Positions 9,105 to 18,438 of a DNA stretch of 64,000 nt are shown one piece after another. The notes under the pieces are model-generated. The model was not told the origin of the DNA. It saw nothing but the letters and a program-made list of their open reading frames with translations, and ran no database searches. Source of the stretch: a virus (Duplodnaviria > Caudoviricetes); the IMG/VR virus record IMGVR_UViG_2867988698_000004, positions 55,000-118,999 of that record; one strand, written 5' to 3'. Made by a program: the position numbers and the translations under genes. How positions within the stretch are numbered: the first letter of the stretch is position 1; the number at the start of each line of letters is the position of its first letter.

Positions 9105-10964
9105 TTGAGCCGCCGCCGGTTCAGCGGCTCCGAGCGCGTTGCCTTGTACCTGGCGGCCGGCGGAGCATGCACGTCTTGCGGCACCGAGCTACTCCCGGGC
9201 TGGCATGCCGATCATGTTCATCCATACTCGCGCGACGGCGAGACCGACGTGATCAACGGTCAGGCTCTCTGCCCCGCCTGCAATCTCAAGAAAGGCAGCT
9301 CAGTGACCGAATTGCGCAGGTGGCAGGCCGATGCTCTGGTCGACCTGCTCCGCAACCCTTCCGACTTCCTGTGCGTCGCCACCCCGGGGGCGGGCAAGAC
9401 CACCTGGGCGCTTACCGCGGCCCGCAAGCTGATCGAACGAGGAGAGATCACCGGCATCATCGTCGTTGTTCCCACCTCGCACCTGCGTCGCCAGTGGGCC
9501 ACCGCAGCCGCGCGTATGGGCATCCAGTTGGACCACCGCTTCACCAACGGCAACACGGTCGTGGCCAAGGACTTCGATGGCGTCGCCGTCACCTACCAGA
9601 CCGTGGCGGCCAGTCCTCTGCTGTGGCGACGCATCTGCACCACTAAGCCCACTCTGGTCATCCTGGACGAGGTGCACCACGCCGGCGACGACGACCACTT
9701 GACGTGGGGTCCGGCACTCAAGAACGCGTTCGAGGAGGCCGCCCGGCGCATCTTGCTGTCGGGGACCCCGTTCCGCTCAGACCGCAAGGCCATCCCCTTT
9801 GTACGCTACGACGAGGAACGGAAGGCGGTCCCCAGCTACAACTACGACTATGGGCAGGCCCTCATGGACAGAGAGGTTGTACGGCCCATCGCCTTCCCCG
9901 CCTTGACAGGCCAGGTTCGCTACCGCGAAGCCGGCGCCACGGTCTCCCTCGACCTCGCCGATGCCGATGACGAGAGGCTCAGCAAGGCGCTGGCATCCGC
10001 GCTCAACCCGACCGGAGAGTGGATCCCTTCGGTCCTGCGACGTGCCGACGAGGAGTTGACCCGCCAGCGTAGTGAGGTGCCCGATGCCGGCGGCCTGGTA
10101 GTCGCCGCCGACCAGGGCAAGGCCCGAGCCTACGCGCAGATCCTCGCCAGGATCACCGGAGAGGAGCCGACGGTGGCGATCTCCGATGACCCGGACGCTT
10201 CCGAGCTGATCAGCCGGTTCGCCAAGGACAGCACGCGTTGGATCGTCGCCGTCCAGATGGTCTCCGAAGGCGTCGACATCCCACGCCTGGCGGTTGGTGT
10301 CTACGCCTCCCGCATCCGGACGGAGATGTTCTTTCGCCAAGTTGTCGGGCGCTTCGTTCGCATGCGTGGTACCGAGGACGAAACGGTCGCGACCCTGTTC
10401 ATCCCCTCCGTCCAGCCTCTGTACGGGTACGCCCAGGAGATCGAGAAGACCGTCAACATCGCCCTGGCCGAAGAAGAGGAGCGTGTGCGGCAGGAGCTCA
10501 AAGAAGGCGGAGTTCAAACCTCCCTGCAAGTCGACCTCGTTGAGCCGCTCGACTCCTCCGAGGCCGTCCACCACGCCACGATCCTGTCGGGCGAGGAGTT
10601 CACCGAGGCTGAGCTGCAACGCGCTAGCGCCGCAGCCGAGCAGGTCGGGCTCCCCTCCAGCGTCTCTCCCGCCCAGGTCGCTCAGCTGCTGCGGATGGGA
10701 GGCGCCGGGCGAGTCATCGGTACAGCCACCGTGCAAGCCCCTCATTCCGGGTCCGATCAGGGTCGCACGCTGGCGGACCAGAAGGCCACGCTCCGACGCC
10801 TCATCAATAAGAAGGTCGGCAGGCTCGTGTACGCCACTGGCCAACAGCACTCTCACGTGCACGCCACCCTGAACCGGATCTTCGGCGATGACGCCAAGAC
10901 CGCAACCGTTCAGACGCTGACCGGGCGTCTGGACCAGCTCGACAAGTGGCTGGAGCAGGCATGA
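9105..10964 (+). CDS. HNH endonuclease - SF2 (DExH) helicase fusion
   Basis: CTSC...HADHVHP...NGQALCPACNLKK; TPGAGKT, DEVHH, SGTP, EGVDIP, QVVGR; TTG start after GGAGAG. Confidence 0.85.
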   Translation: MSRRRFSGSERVALYLAAGGACTSCGTELLPGWHADHVHPYSRDGETDVINGQALCPACNLKKGSSVTELRRWQADALVDLLRNPSDFLCVATPGAGKTTWALTAARKLIERGEITGIIVVVPTSHLRRQWATAAARMGIQLDHRFTNGNTVVAKDFDGVAVTYQTVAASPLLWRRICTTKPTLVILDEVHHAGDDDHLTWGPALKNAFEEAARRILLSGTPFRSDRKAIPFVRYDEERKAVPSYNYDYGQALMDREVVRPIAFPALTGQVRYREAGATVSLDLADADDERLSKALASALNPTGEWIPSVLRRADEELTRQRSEVPDAGGLVVAADQGKARAYAQILARITGEEPTVAISDDPDASELISRFAKDSTRWIVAVQMVSEGVDIPRLAVGVYASRIRTEMFFRQVVGRFVRMRGTEDETVATLFIPSVQPLYGYAQEIEKTVNIALAEEEERVRQELKEGGVQTSLQVDLVEPLDSSEAVHHATILSGEEFTEAELQRASAAAEQVGLPSSVSPAQVAQLLRMGGAGRVIGTATVQAPHSGSDQGRTLADQKATLRRLINKKVGRLVYATGQQHSHVHATLNRIFGDDAKTATVQTLTGRLDQLDKWLEQA

Positions 10965-11518
10965 GCCCGAAGGCCAACGCGGTCTTGGTCGAAGCGCTCA
11001 GTTCATCCCTCAGGTACGGAGGAAACGCCCTGAAGCAGGTCCCGGACCTGGTCAAGCAGATCCTTGCCGAAGGGGCTTGGCGAGAGTTCGTGACACCACG
11101 CGGCGAGCTTGTCCGTCATGACCGGTTCGTGGACTTCGTCACCGCTCCGCCGACAAGAGGTATCGGCGCGACGGTGGACCTGGTGCGTCGGCTCGTGGCG
11201 GACGACACGCAAGCGCTCGACCTTCTCGATCAGGCGTTGCAGAATCCATCATCTCACCATGCCGGTAATAATATACCCAGCAGGCCAGAGGGGACCTCGC
11301 AGGCGAAGGCGCTTCGGCGCCTACGCAAGGACAGGCCAGACCTTCACGCCCAAGTCCTCGCCGGAGAACTCTCCGCACACGCAGCCATGATCAAGGCTGG
11401 GTTCCGCCCCAAGACCTTCACCGTCCGCGGCGATCGCCCCGATTCGATCGCCCGCACCCTCCGCAAGAACCTGTCACCCGAGCAGCTCGCAGAGCTTCGG
11501 CAACTGCTGGATGAATGA
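10961..11518 (+). CDS. Hypothetical partner protein of the helicase
   Basis: ATGA overlap with the helicase stop; helical C-terminus (LRRLRKDRPDL...LSAHAAM). Confidence 0.75.
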   Translation: MSPKANAVLVEALSSSLRYGGNALKQVPDLVKQILAEGAWREFVTPRGELVRHDRFVDFVTAPPTRGIGATVDLVRRLVADDTQALDLLDQALQNPSSHHAGNNIPSRPEGTSQAKALRRLRKDRPDLHAQVLAGELSAHAAMIKAGFRPKTFTVRGDRPDSIARTLRKNLSPEQLAELRQLLDE

Positions 11519-11581
11519 CCTTCGGTTTTGGGGGTTCCAACGATCTGACTGCGGACTACCCCTGTGCGGCAGCCCGGTGGG

Positions 11582-12130
11582 TCAAGGGGTGTCCTCCGGG
11601 TCGGGGCAGCACTCGGTGAAACGCACGTACACGGTCTGCTGGCCGCCGGCGCAGCCGCCGTCCGGACCCATCGGCGTATACTCCCCCGCCATCACGTCCA
11701 GGCCGTCGTTGCCAGTGTAGGGGAAACAGCAGGCCAGGGCCTGCCGCATCGCAGCCGCGTCCGACAGGAGCTTCTCCGCGTCATCGAAAACGTCGGCGCA
11801 GCTGGGCGGATTGCCCTGGTCGTCCAGCACCGACACGCACCGGTAGACGCCCATCACCAGCTCCATACCCCAGCCGCCGGCAGCGTCGCAGGGCTCCAGG
11901 GTGGTGGACGGCTGCGGAAACCGGGCAGCGGTCGTCGGGTAGATCCTCCGCACCTGCACCCACGCCTGCCCCTCCCCCTCCTCACAGCCGCAGCAGTGGT
12001 CGACGGGAACCGTGGCGCCCGGATACACGCAGCAGCGGCAGGCCGCCCCGCCCACCGTCCCGGGCAGCTGCGCGCACAAGCAGTTCAGCAGCCGCTCCGC
12101 GAGCGGCATCACGGCATCGGTCACGGCCAC
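11582..12130 (-). CDS. Cys-rich virion neck protein (tail terminator-like)
   Basis: Follows the head-tail adaptor; ELVMGVYRC and GPDGGCAGG motifs. Confidence 0.55.
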   Translation of the reverse strand: MAVTDAVMPLAERLLNCLCAQLPGTVGGAACRCCVYPGATVPVDHCCGCEEGEGQAWVQVRRIYPTTAARFPQPSTTLEPCDAAGGWGMELVMGVYRCVSVLDDQGNPPSCADVFDDAEKLLSDAAAMRQALACCFPYTGNDGLDVMAGEYTPMGPDGGCAGGQQTVYVRFTECCPDPEDTP

Positions 12131-12918
12131 GTGGTTCTCCTCGGGGGCCGGTAGTCGGGGCTGTAGACGCGGGAGCGGCCGGTCAGCCGGTGAGGGTTGA
12201 CGGCCTTCACCCAGGTGTCAACCTCAGGGATCCCGGTCAGGCCCTGCTCCAGGAAGTCCATCGGGTCCACGACGGTCATCTGCACGCCGTCGCGGGTGAT
12301 CTGCTGGACCCGCTTCGGAAGCTGGCACGGCCCACCTGTGCAGGCTTTGAGGAGTTCGCAGGCGTAGACGCCGGCGGCGTACTGTCCGGCCGGAGGGACC
12401 GGGACGCCCCAGGTGTAGGTGACGGCGAACGCGCCCGGCGCGTCGTGCGGCATCTCCAAGTCCTGGCAGTCCGGCCAGCACTCCCCGTCCGTGCGGATGA
12501 GGAGGCGGTGGTCGTCCACCCGGTAGCCGCCCGGGTCCACCAGCTGCCCGTCCACCCATACCTCGGTCACGTCATGGACCGGTGCCGGGAGCAGGACCTC
12601 GCACAGCGGGGAGCAGCCGCATTCGGTGGTGCAGGTGCCGCAGCGGGCGTTGCACCAGACGCCGTCCCGCATGTACGGGATGAAGGGCGGCGCGGCGGGG
12701 CTGCCCGCCCATACCGGCAGCGCGGCCTGGTCGGCGCACTTGCGGCGGCACGGCCGGACGGTCACCGGGCACAGGCCGAAGCGCATTCCGGTCAGCCGCC
12801 ACAGGATCTCGGTGGCGACGCGGCGGGCGAACTCCCGGTCCTCCTCCGAGGCGTCCTCCCATGCGTCGCAGCAGCCGGCGTCGATCGGCCACTGGCAGGG
12901 TTCGACCCGGATCGCCAC
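12121..12918 (-). CDS. Head-to-tail adaptor protein
   Basis: ATEILWRLTG, CQLPKRVQQITRDGV, GLTGIPEVDTWV..VNP; GAGGAGGG RBS. Confidence 0.7.
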   Translation of the reverse strand: MAIRVEPCQWPIDAGCCDAWEDASEEDREFARRVATEILWRLTGMRFGLCPVTVRPCRRKCADQAALPVWAGSPAAPPFIPYMRDGVWCNARCGTCTTECGCSPLCEVLLPAPVHDVTEVWVDGQLVDPGGYRVDDHRLLIRTDGECWPDCQDLEMPHDAPGAFAVTYTWGVPVPPAGQYAAGVYACELLKACTGGPCQLPKRVQQITRDGVQMTVVDPMDFLEQGLTGIPEVDTWVKAVNPHRLTGRSRVYSPDYRPPRRTTWP

Positions 12919-12943
12919 GCCGCCCTCCTCTCCGTGATGTGTG

Positions 12944-12992
12944 GTGGTGCGCCCGCCCCGCACACGCCCGAGCCCTCGGGCGGGCGCACCAC
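12944..12992. terminator. Hairpin / possible terminator
   Basis: 15-bp inverted repeat GTGGTGCGCCCGCCC ... GGGCGGGCGCACCAC. Confidence 0.5.
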
Positions 12993-12995
12993 GCC

Positions 12996-13718
12996 TTACC
13001 GCCGCCCCGGATACCTGCGGGGCGGGACCGGCGGCGGGGTCTGCTCGTACGGGCTGGGGCGGGTGAACCGGCCACGAACGAACCGCCCCGCAGCCCCCCG
13101 CCAGCTGGTGGGCATCGTGCTCAGGAACGTCCCGCTGGTGGGGAACCCGCCGGCGTGGATGACCTTGACGTCCGGGGCCCGCCAGCCGCCCAGCCCGGCG
13201 AGGTTGCCGTACAGGGTCCGTTTGTGCACCACGTCCAGGCCCTTGCCGACCTCCAGGGCGGCGAGCATCCCTGCCTTGTCCACCGGCATTGGGACGTGCA
13301 GCTCATACGACAGCGGATCCGGGCAGCCGAGGCTGGCCAGCAGGTCCCGGGTCTCCCGCATCCCCCGCAGGTACGCCCCAGAGGAGCGGCGCGCGTAGTA
13401 CACCTCCACGTCGCGCACCGGCCCGCGGTGCAGCACCGGCACCCGATCGATGGGCCGCATGACGTAGATGTCGTCGTTGCTGAGGATGAACGGGTCGCTG
13501 ATGTCGGGGTGCTCGCACGCCACCCGGACCGCGAGGGTGCTGTTCTGGTACTTGGTGCCGGTCTGGCGGGTGGGGATGTGCTCCACCCCCACCGCCCAGG
13601 ACGGCCGGTACCCCACCAGCCAGATCCGGTCATGCGGCGCGTGCGCGGCAATGCTGCGCAGCGCGAACCGCAGCTCCTCGGCGGGCTCCCCGACCCGGAC
13701 CGGGATCACCCAGTCCAT
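12996..13718 (-). CDS. Stealth-like glycosyl(phospho)transferase
   Basis: MDWV, EELRFALRSI, FILSNDDIY, YELHVPMP resemble Stealth conserved regions. Confidence 0.6.
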   Translation of the reverse strand: MDWVIPVRVGEPAEELRFALRSIAAHAPHDRIWLVGYRPSWAVGVEHIPTRQTGTKYQNSTLAVRVACEHPDISDPFILSNDDIYVMRPIDRVPVLHRGPVRDVEVYYARRSSGAYLRGMRETRDLLASLGCPDPLSYELHVPMPVDKAGMLAALEVGKGLDVVHKRTLYGNLAGLGGWRAPDVKVIHAGGFPTSGTFLSTMPTSWRGAAGRFVRGRFTRPSPYEQTPPPVPPRRYPGRR

Positions 13719-13723
13719 GGCCG

Positions 13724-14416
13724 TTAGGACTCGTCCACGGTCAGCGGCTGGCACCCGCACAGCACCGGCGGAGGCGCGATGGTCGTCAGGTGCATGTCCA
13801 TGTGGTCCTTCGGCCCAATCGGGGTCAGCAGCGGCCCCGCGGTGTTCGTGGCGTTGACGGCGTCAACGTTGTACGGGCCGACGCCCCATCCGCTGCCGGC
13901 CTTCGTCCGGCCGCTGAATGTGAATGTCGTGGCGTCGTTTTCGATGGTGAAATCACCGATGACCCCGGACGCGACCCAGGGCAGCAGGAAATACCCCCAG
14001 GGCTTGGCGCCGGTCACGCCGCACGCCTGCCCGGGAATATCCGACCAGAGCTCCAGCGCGAACCCCTCGTCGCACTGGACCTCACTGCTGATGCGGTTAC
14101 CGACCGCCTCGCCCGCATGGTCGAGCACCGTCTCGTACCCGGTCATCAGGCTGAACAGGTCGGGATCCACGGCACAGAACTGGGCCTCGATGTTGATCCA
14201 CCGCAGCTCCGGGCACCCCTGGTCCGAGATGCACAGGGTCCCGTCGGCCTTGCGGACCTCGATGTCCTCGCCCTCGGCGATCTCCGGGCTGAACTCGATG
14301 GACACGAACCCATCGGTCACGACCTGAGAGCACTGGCCGGGGACGGGGACGCCACATACGTCGACCCTGGTGGCGCGCAGGCGCCGGCCGCGGACGCTGT
14401 TCCAGCAGACAGTCAT
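13724..14416 (-). CDS. Major tail protein
   Basis: RATRVDVCG, KADGTLC, FALELWS, WGYFLLP, WGVGPY; position in late module. Confidence 0.65.
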   Translation of the reverse strand: MTVCWNSVRGRRLRATRVDVCGVPVPGQCSQVVTDGFVSIEFSPEIAEGEDIEVRKADGTLCISDQGCPELRWINIEAQFCAVDPDLFSLMTGYETVLDHAGEAVGNRISSEVQCDEGFALELWSDIPGQACGVTGAKPWGYFLLPWVASGVIGDFTIENDATTFTFSGRTKAGSGWGVGPYNVDAVNATNTAGPLLTPIGPKDHMDMHLTTIAPPPVLCGCQPLTVDES

Positions 14417-14438
14417 GGGGCTGGACCTCTTCTGGAGA

Positions 14439-14459
14439 CCCGGCCCCTGGCCAGCGGCT
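14439..14459 (-). promoter_or_regulatory. 21-bp late leader motif, copy 1
   Basis: AGCCGCTGGCCAGGGGCCGGG, 7 nt after TAATCT, before the major tail gene. Confidence 0.7.
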
Positions 14460-14613
14460 CAATGCCAGATTATCGCCCCGGCCCGCCTATTCCACGGACC
14501 CGCTACCGGCGCACTTTATGCTTTATCGTGTTGCGTTCTGCACGCTATGCACGGCGTTTCATGTTCGCTATTTATCGCCGTGTTGCATTGTGTGCTTTAG
14601 ACTGCTGTCAGAT

Positions 14614-14634
14614 AGCTGCTGGCCAGGGGCCGAG
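14614..14634 (+). promoter_or_regulatory. 21-bp leader motif, variant copy
   Basis: AGCTGCTGGCCAGGGGCCGAG after TAGACT, before the HTH gene. Confidence 0.6.
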
Positions 14635-14657
14635 CCCACACCGGGGAGGACCCCGCG

Positions 14658-14849
14658 ATGGCCAGCCCACCCCCACCCGAGTTCTGGACGGTCGCCGAGG
14701 TCGCCGCGCAGCTGCGGGTCCACCCCGTCACCGTCCGGCGCCTGGCCGCCGCCGGACAGTTCGCCGGCGCCGTCAAGGTCGGTCGGCAGTGGCGTATCCC
14801 CGCCGGCTCCGTCCCCGCCACGAACGCCACGGGGGTGGCGGATGGATGA
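14658..14849 (+). CDS. Excisionase-like HTH_17 DNA-binding protein
   Basis: WTVAEVAAQLRVHPVTVRR...KVGRQWRIP; GGAGG RBS. Confidence 0.8.
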   Translation: MASPPPPEFWTVAEVAAQLRVHPVTVRRLAAAGQFAGAVKVGRQWRIPAGSVPATNATGVADG

Positions 14850-15228
14850 CGTCCGGCGACGTCTCGCCCAGGCCGCCCGGGTGTGGCTGCGCGCCGATGA
14901 GGATGCGGCCCGGCAGGTGACCACCCACGGCGTCTGGCAGGCGCCCATGCCCGCCGTCCCGCTGGCCGGGGAGGAGCCGGAGATGGTCGCCGTCTATGGG
15001 AAGGACTGGCCCTGGCTGGAGGCCGCCCGCTGCATCAGCCCCGGCGACGCCCGGCACATCGCACGTCACCACCCCGCCAGGGTGCTGGCCGACGTGGAAG
15101 CCCTGCGACAGGTGGTCGCGCTGTGCGAGACGGAGACGGCGGAGACGGATGGGCTGCCGCTGGCGATGCGGATCCTGGAACTGCTGGCCCGGGACAACAC
15201 GGCCCGCCAGGAGCAGCCGGTCCGGTAG
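14842..15228 (+). CDS. DUF6221-like phage protein
   Basis: DARHIARHHPARVLADVEA motif. Confidence 0.6.
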   Translation: MDDVRRRLAQAARVWLRADEDAARQVTTHGVWQAPMPAVPLAGEEPEMVAVYGKDWPWLEAARCISPGDARHIARHHPARVLADVEALRQVVALCETETAETDGLPLAMRILELLARDNTARQEQPVR

Positions 15229-15388
15229 CGATGGTGGCGCATCCATAGGCGGCGCAACCGGTAGCCGCAGCCCTCAGTCGCTCCCGTGCCGAAGAACTGC
15301 TCCCGGCCACATGGGGCTCGAGTCGCAGGTATGAGGCCCCTGCGCAGGTGTCCGCCCCCAGGTCTGTATAGGAGAGGCTGGGCGCGGG

Positions 15389-15745
15389 CTACTCCTCGCT
15401 GTCCGGGTGTGCCTGGCGCTGGTGGGAGCGGAGGGCGCGTTCACTGCCGAAGTCGCGGGTGCAGACGCCGCACACCAGCCGACCGTCGTCCTGGACGCTG
15501 GCCGTCTCCTCCCGGACGGCCTCCTGTGGCTCCGACTGGGGCTCCGGCTGGGGTGCGGGTACATACGGCTGGCCCTCGACGCGGGCGTCGAGCAGCAGTT
15601 CCTCCGGAACGTGCTCGAACAGGTCGGCGGGGACGGCGAACTCGTGCGGTGAGACGGTGCGGATCTTGGGGGTCTGGGAGACGGCCCAGCGGGCGAAGTC
15701 GCGGCGCCGCTGGGCGGCGGGCTGGACGCGGATCACCGCAGCCAC
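15389..15745 (-). CDS. Phage protein with C-terminal C2H2 zinc finger
   Basis: CGVCTRDFGSERALRSHQRQAH; GGAGG RBS before GTG. Confidence 0.65.
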   Translation of the reverse strand: MAAVIRVQPAAQRRRDFARWAVSQTPKIRTVSPHEFAVPADLFEHVPEELLLDARVEGQPYVPAPQPEPQSEPQEAVREETASVQDDGRLVCGVCTRDFGSERALRSHQRQAHPDSEE

Positions 15746-15761
15746 GGCATCCTCCATGTCA

Positions 15762-16619
15762 TCAGGGGCGGACAGAGACGCGAATGGCGCAGACGGTGCA
15801 GGTCGTGGCGGGGACGTAGGTGCGCTCGGCCAGGACACGCCGGTCGTTGTACCTGCGGTCGATGGAGGCGCCGGGACGGTCGGGGATGACATCGATCGGG
15901 CCGCGCCGCACCACCACCGGCCCGGAGGCATACAGCCACACCTCCCCCGCCGGTGCCGGTGTCCCGTCCGGCCCGCTGTTGACGGCGGAGTAGCCGGAGC
16001 CGACGATCACGCAGTTCCCCGCCAGCGTCCGCAGGCTGGCGCCGTCGCGGTGGGCGAGGTTGCAGCAGCCCAGCAGCGCCGCCGCCCCCGCCGGCACATG
16101 CAGGGTCCCGATACCGCCGTACAGCTCGGCCAGGCAGCCCTCCAGCGCGGCGACGCCCTCCGCCAGGGACACCGCCCCCGCGGCGGGGGTCAGGTCCGCG
16201 GCGCGGGGGGCGAGGTGGTAACGCCAGAACGCGGACTCGACCGCCTGCTGCTCGCCCAGCTCCAGGGCGGCGCGGACATGAGCGACGGCCTCCTCATAGG
16301 ACCAGCCGGGGGTGGAGCACTCCACCCCCGTATAGACCGTGACCGGCTGGGCCGCCTCGGGGAGGGGACGGCAGAAATGCTTGCCCCCCGGCGGAGCGCC
16401 GGGCGACTCCGCCCCCGGGGACTCCTCCCCCGGGGATTCCTCGGGCGGGCACCAGTCGGTGTCCAGGACCGGGCAGCACCCGAGCGCCATCCACTCCACG
16501 CCGAGCAGCTCGTGCGGGTCGGTGACGTCGAGCACTGTGGTGCAGCCGCCGAGGATCCCGTACGGCAGCGGCCTGCCGCCGATGGCCTCGACCCGGCGCT
16601 GCATACCGGCCGGTGGCAT
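15762..16619 (-). CDS. Second capsid protein (putative pentamer subunit)
   Basis: Immediately after major capsid; LPYGI...LGVEW, EQQAVE, VVRRG, LAERTY. Confidence 0.55.
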   Translation of the reverse strand: MPPAGMQRRVEAIGGRPLPYGILGGCTTVLDVTDPHELLGVEWMALGCCPVLDTDWCPPEESPGEESPGAESPGAPPGGKHFCRPLPEAAQPVTVYTGVECSTPGWSYEEAVAHVRAALELGEQQAVESAFWRYHLAPRAADLTPAAGAVSLAEGVAALEGCLAELYGGIGTLHVPAGAAALLGCCNLAHRDGASLRTLAGNCVIVGSGYSAVNSGPDGTPAPAGEVWLYASGPVVVRRGPIDVIPDRPGASIDRRYNDRRVLAERTYVPATTCTVCAIRVSVRP

Positions 16620-16699
16620 CCGCCCACCTCCTCACATGGGGATTTGGCGCCGGGGCACGGGGCGGTCCGCGCCCCGGCGTTCCTGAGGGTCACGGGGGG

Positions 16700-18394
16700 T
16701 CAGGCGATGGGGCAGGTGATGCCGATCTGCTCCCCGGTACGACCGTCGGGGCAGACCGGGACGGTGACGATCCGCGCCTCGTCGTTGCGGGCGATCAGGG
16801 CCACGCACTCCTCGCTGAACAGCGCGGTGTAGTCGTTGGTGGAGAACTTGGCGCTGTCGTGGATCACGCCCAGGCTGATCTCGCCACCGCGGCCGGCCTC
16901 GAAGGTCCCGGCCGGGTAGATGAGGAACCGCATCTGCGCCGGCCAGTCCGCCGCGGGGGTGGCGCCGCCGATGTCGGTGGGCACGGCCGGGCCCAGGCCC
17001 CGCGCCCACTGGACGGACACGCCCAGGCGGGCGAACGCGTCGATGATGCACTGCGGGGAGACGTCGCAGGCGGAGACGCCGTTCTGCCGGGCGATGTCGG
17101 CGAGCATCAGGCCGCGGCTCCACCAGGGGAAGACGACCTCGATGTTGATCGACTCGCACAGCGACAGCCGCTCGGTCATGTCGGCGGCCTGCAGCGCGAC
17201 CGCCGCGAAGATCGCGGAGAACGCCCCGAACGTCGCGGGGATCGTGACCGCTGTGGACTGGGCGACGGCCTTGGTGAACAGCTCCTGCTTGATCCGCATC
17301 TCGTGCGCGATCATCGCGAGCCGCTGGTAGTGGGCGACCAGCTCCGGGAAGTGCCGCTGCGTCAGGATGCCGGACTCCAGGCAGACGCCGACCGCGTCGC
17401 AGCGGACCTCGACGGGGTCCGGGCAGGGAATCTGAAAGCACGGCTTGGTCGCGCCGGAGATGTCGTCGGCCTCGGTGTGCACCCAGGTCATCGCCCCGAC
17501 GTCCAAGCTGGGCATCGGAAAGAACCGCAGGCCGCCGCGGGCGAGCTGAATCTCCGGCAGGTCCCACAGCATCTCCGGGCACGCCATCGACGTGAGGCTG
17601 TAGACGGTCTCGGAGGGGGCGCACCAGCCGCCGGAGGCGACCAGGTCGCCCTGCGGCAGGCGGGACTGGTCCGCGGCCAGCACCACCGCGCGGGTGCCCT
17701 CCGTGCCCGAGCTGGAGTCGTTGATGATCAGGGACTTGTCGAACGGCAGCCGGTAGGAGGCCGTCAAGCCCACACCGCCGCCAGCGGTCTTGAGGGCGTT
17801 GGCGCGGCGGATGATGCCCTCGGTGACGCCCTCCATGTCCAGGGGCTGACCGGGCTGGTAGCCGGGCACGTCCACCGACGCGGTGATCTCCGGCCCGGCT
17901 GGGGTCGGCTCGGGCAGGACGCGGGGCTGGCGGGCGCGGACGCGGGACAGGTCCAGGACGGCGCGGCGCGGCCCCCCGGTGGAGGCGACGACGGTGCCTT
18001 CCTTGACCTCTCCCTCCGGCTGCGGCTCCTGTGCGGTGGTCTCGCCGCCCTCGGCCTCGCCGGTGCCGTCGCCGGCGTCGCCGTCGTTCTCACCCTCGAC
18101 GTCGTTCTCGCCCTCGGGTTCGGTGGCGTCGCCGGGGTCGTCCTCGCCGCGGACCTCTGCCGCCAGCTCGTCGATCTCGGCGGCGGCCGCGGCGGCGGCC
18201 TCCAGGCGGGCCTTCTTCTCGGCGCGGATGGCCTTGACGGCGGCGGTGAGCTGCCGCATGTCGGCCAGATCGCGGTCGCTGATGGTGGTGGCGCTGGCCT
18301 TGGCGTCGAACTGCTGGACGGCGCTGGCGAGGAGCGCGTCCAGCTCCTCGTCCGTCAGGGTGGTGTAGTCGTCGGGGAGTTCGAAGCGATCCAT
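16700..18394 (-). CDS. Major capsid protein with N-terminal scaffold-like region
   Basis: Acidic coiled N-terminus; LVASGGWCAPSETVY, KPCFQIPCP, NDYTALFSEE. Confidence 0.75.
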   Translation of the reverse strand: MDRFELPDDYTTLTDEELDALLASAVQQFDAKASATTISDRDLADMRQLTAAVKAIRAEKKARLEAAAAAAAEIDELAAEVRGEDDPGDATEPEGENDVEGENDGDAGDGTGEAEGGETTAQEPQPEGEVKEGTVVASTGGPRRAVLDLSRVRARQPRVLPEPTPAGPEITASVDVPGYQPGQPLDMEGVTEGIIRRANALKTAGGGVGLTASYRLPFDKSLIINDSSSGTEGTRAVVLAADQSRLPQGDLVASGGWCAPSETVYSLTSMACPEMLWDLPEIQLARGGLRFFPMPSLDVGAMTWVHTEADDISGATKPCFQIPCPDPVEVRCDAVGVCLESGILTQRHFPELVAHYQRLAMIAHEMRIKQELFTKAVAQSTAVTIPATFGAFSAIFAAVALQAADMTERLSLCESINIEVVFPWWSRGLMLADIARQNGVSACDVSPQCIIDAFARLGVSVQWARGLGPAVPTDIGGATPAADWPAQMRFLIYPAGTFEAGRGGEISLGVIHDSAKFSTNDYTALFSEECVALIARNDEARIVTVPVCPDGRTGEQIGITCPIA

Positions 18395-18417
18395 GAGGCG
18401 GGTTCCCTCACATCGAA

Positions 18418-18438
18418 CCCGGCCCCTGGCCAGCGGCT
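18418..18438 (-). promoter_or_regulatory. 21-bp late leader motif, copy 2
   Basis: Identical to copy 1; 7 nt after TACCAT, before the capsid gene. Confidence 0.7.

Noticed and set aside
14658-14849. Excisionase marking a prophage end or att site
   Set aside because: Lies inside the structural module with no integrase or att-like repeat nearby.
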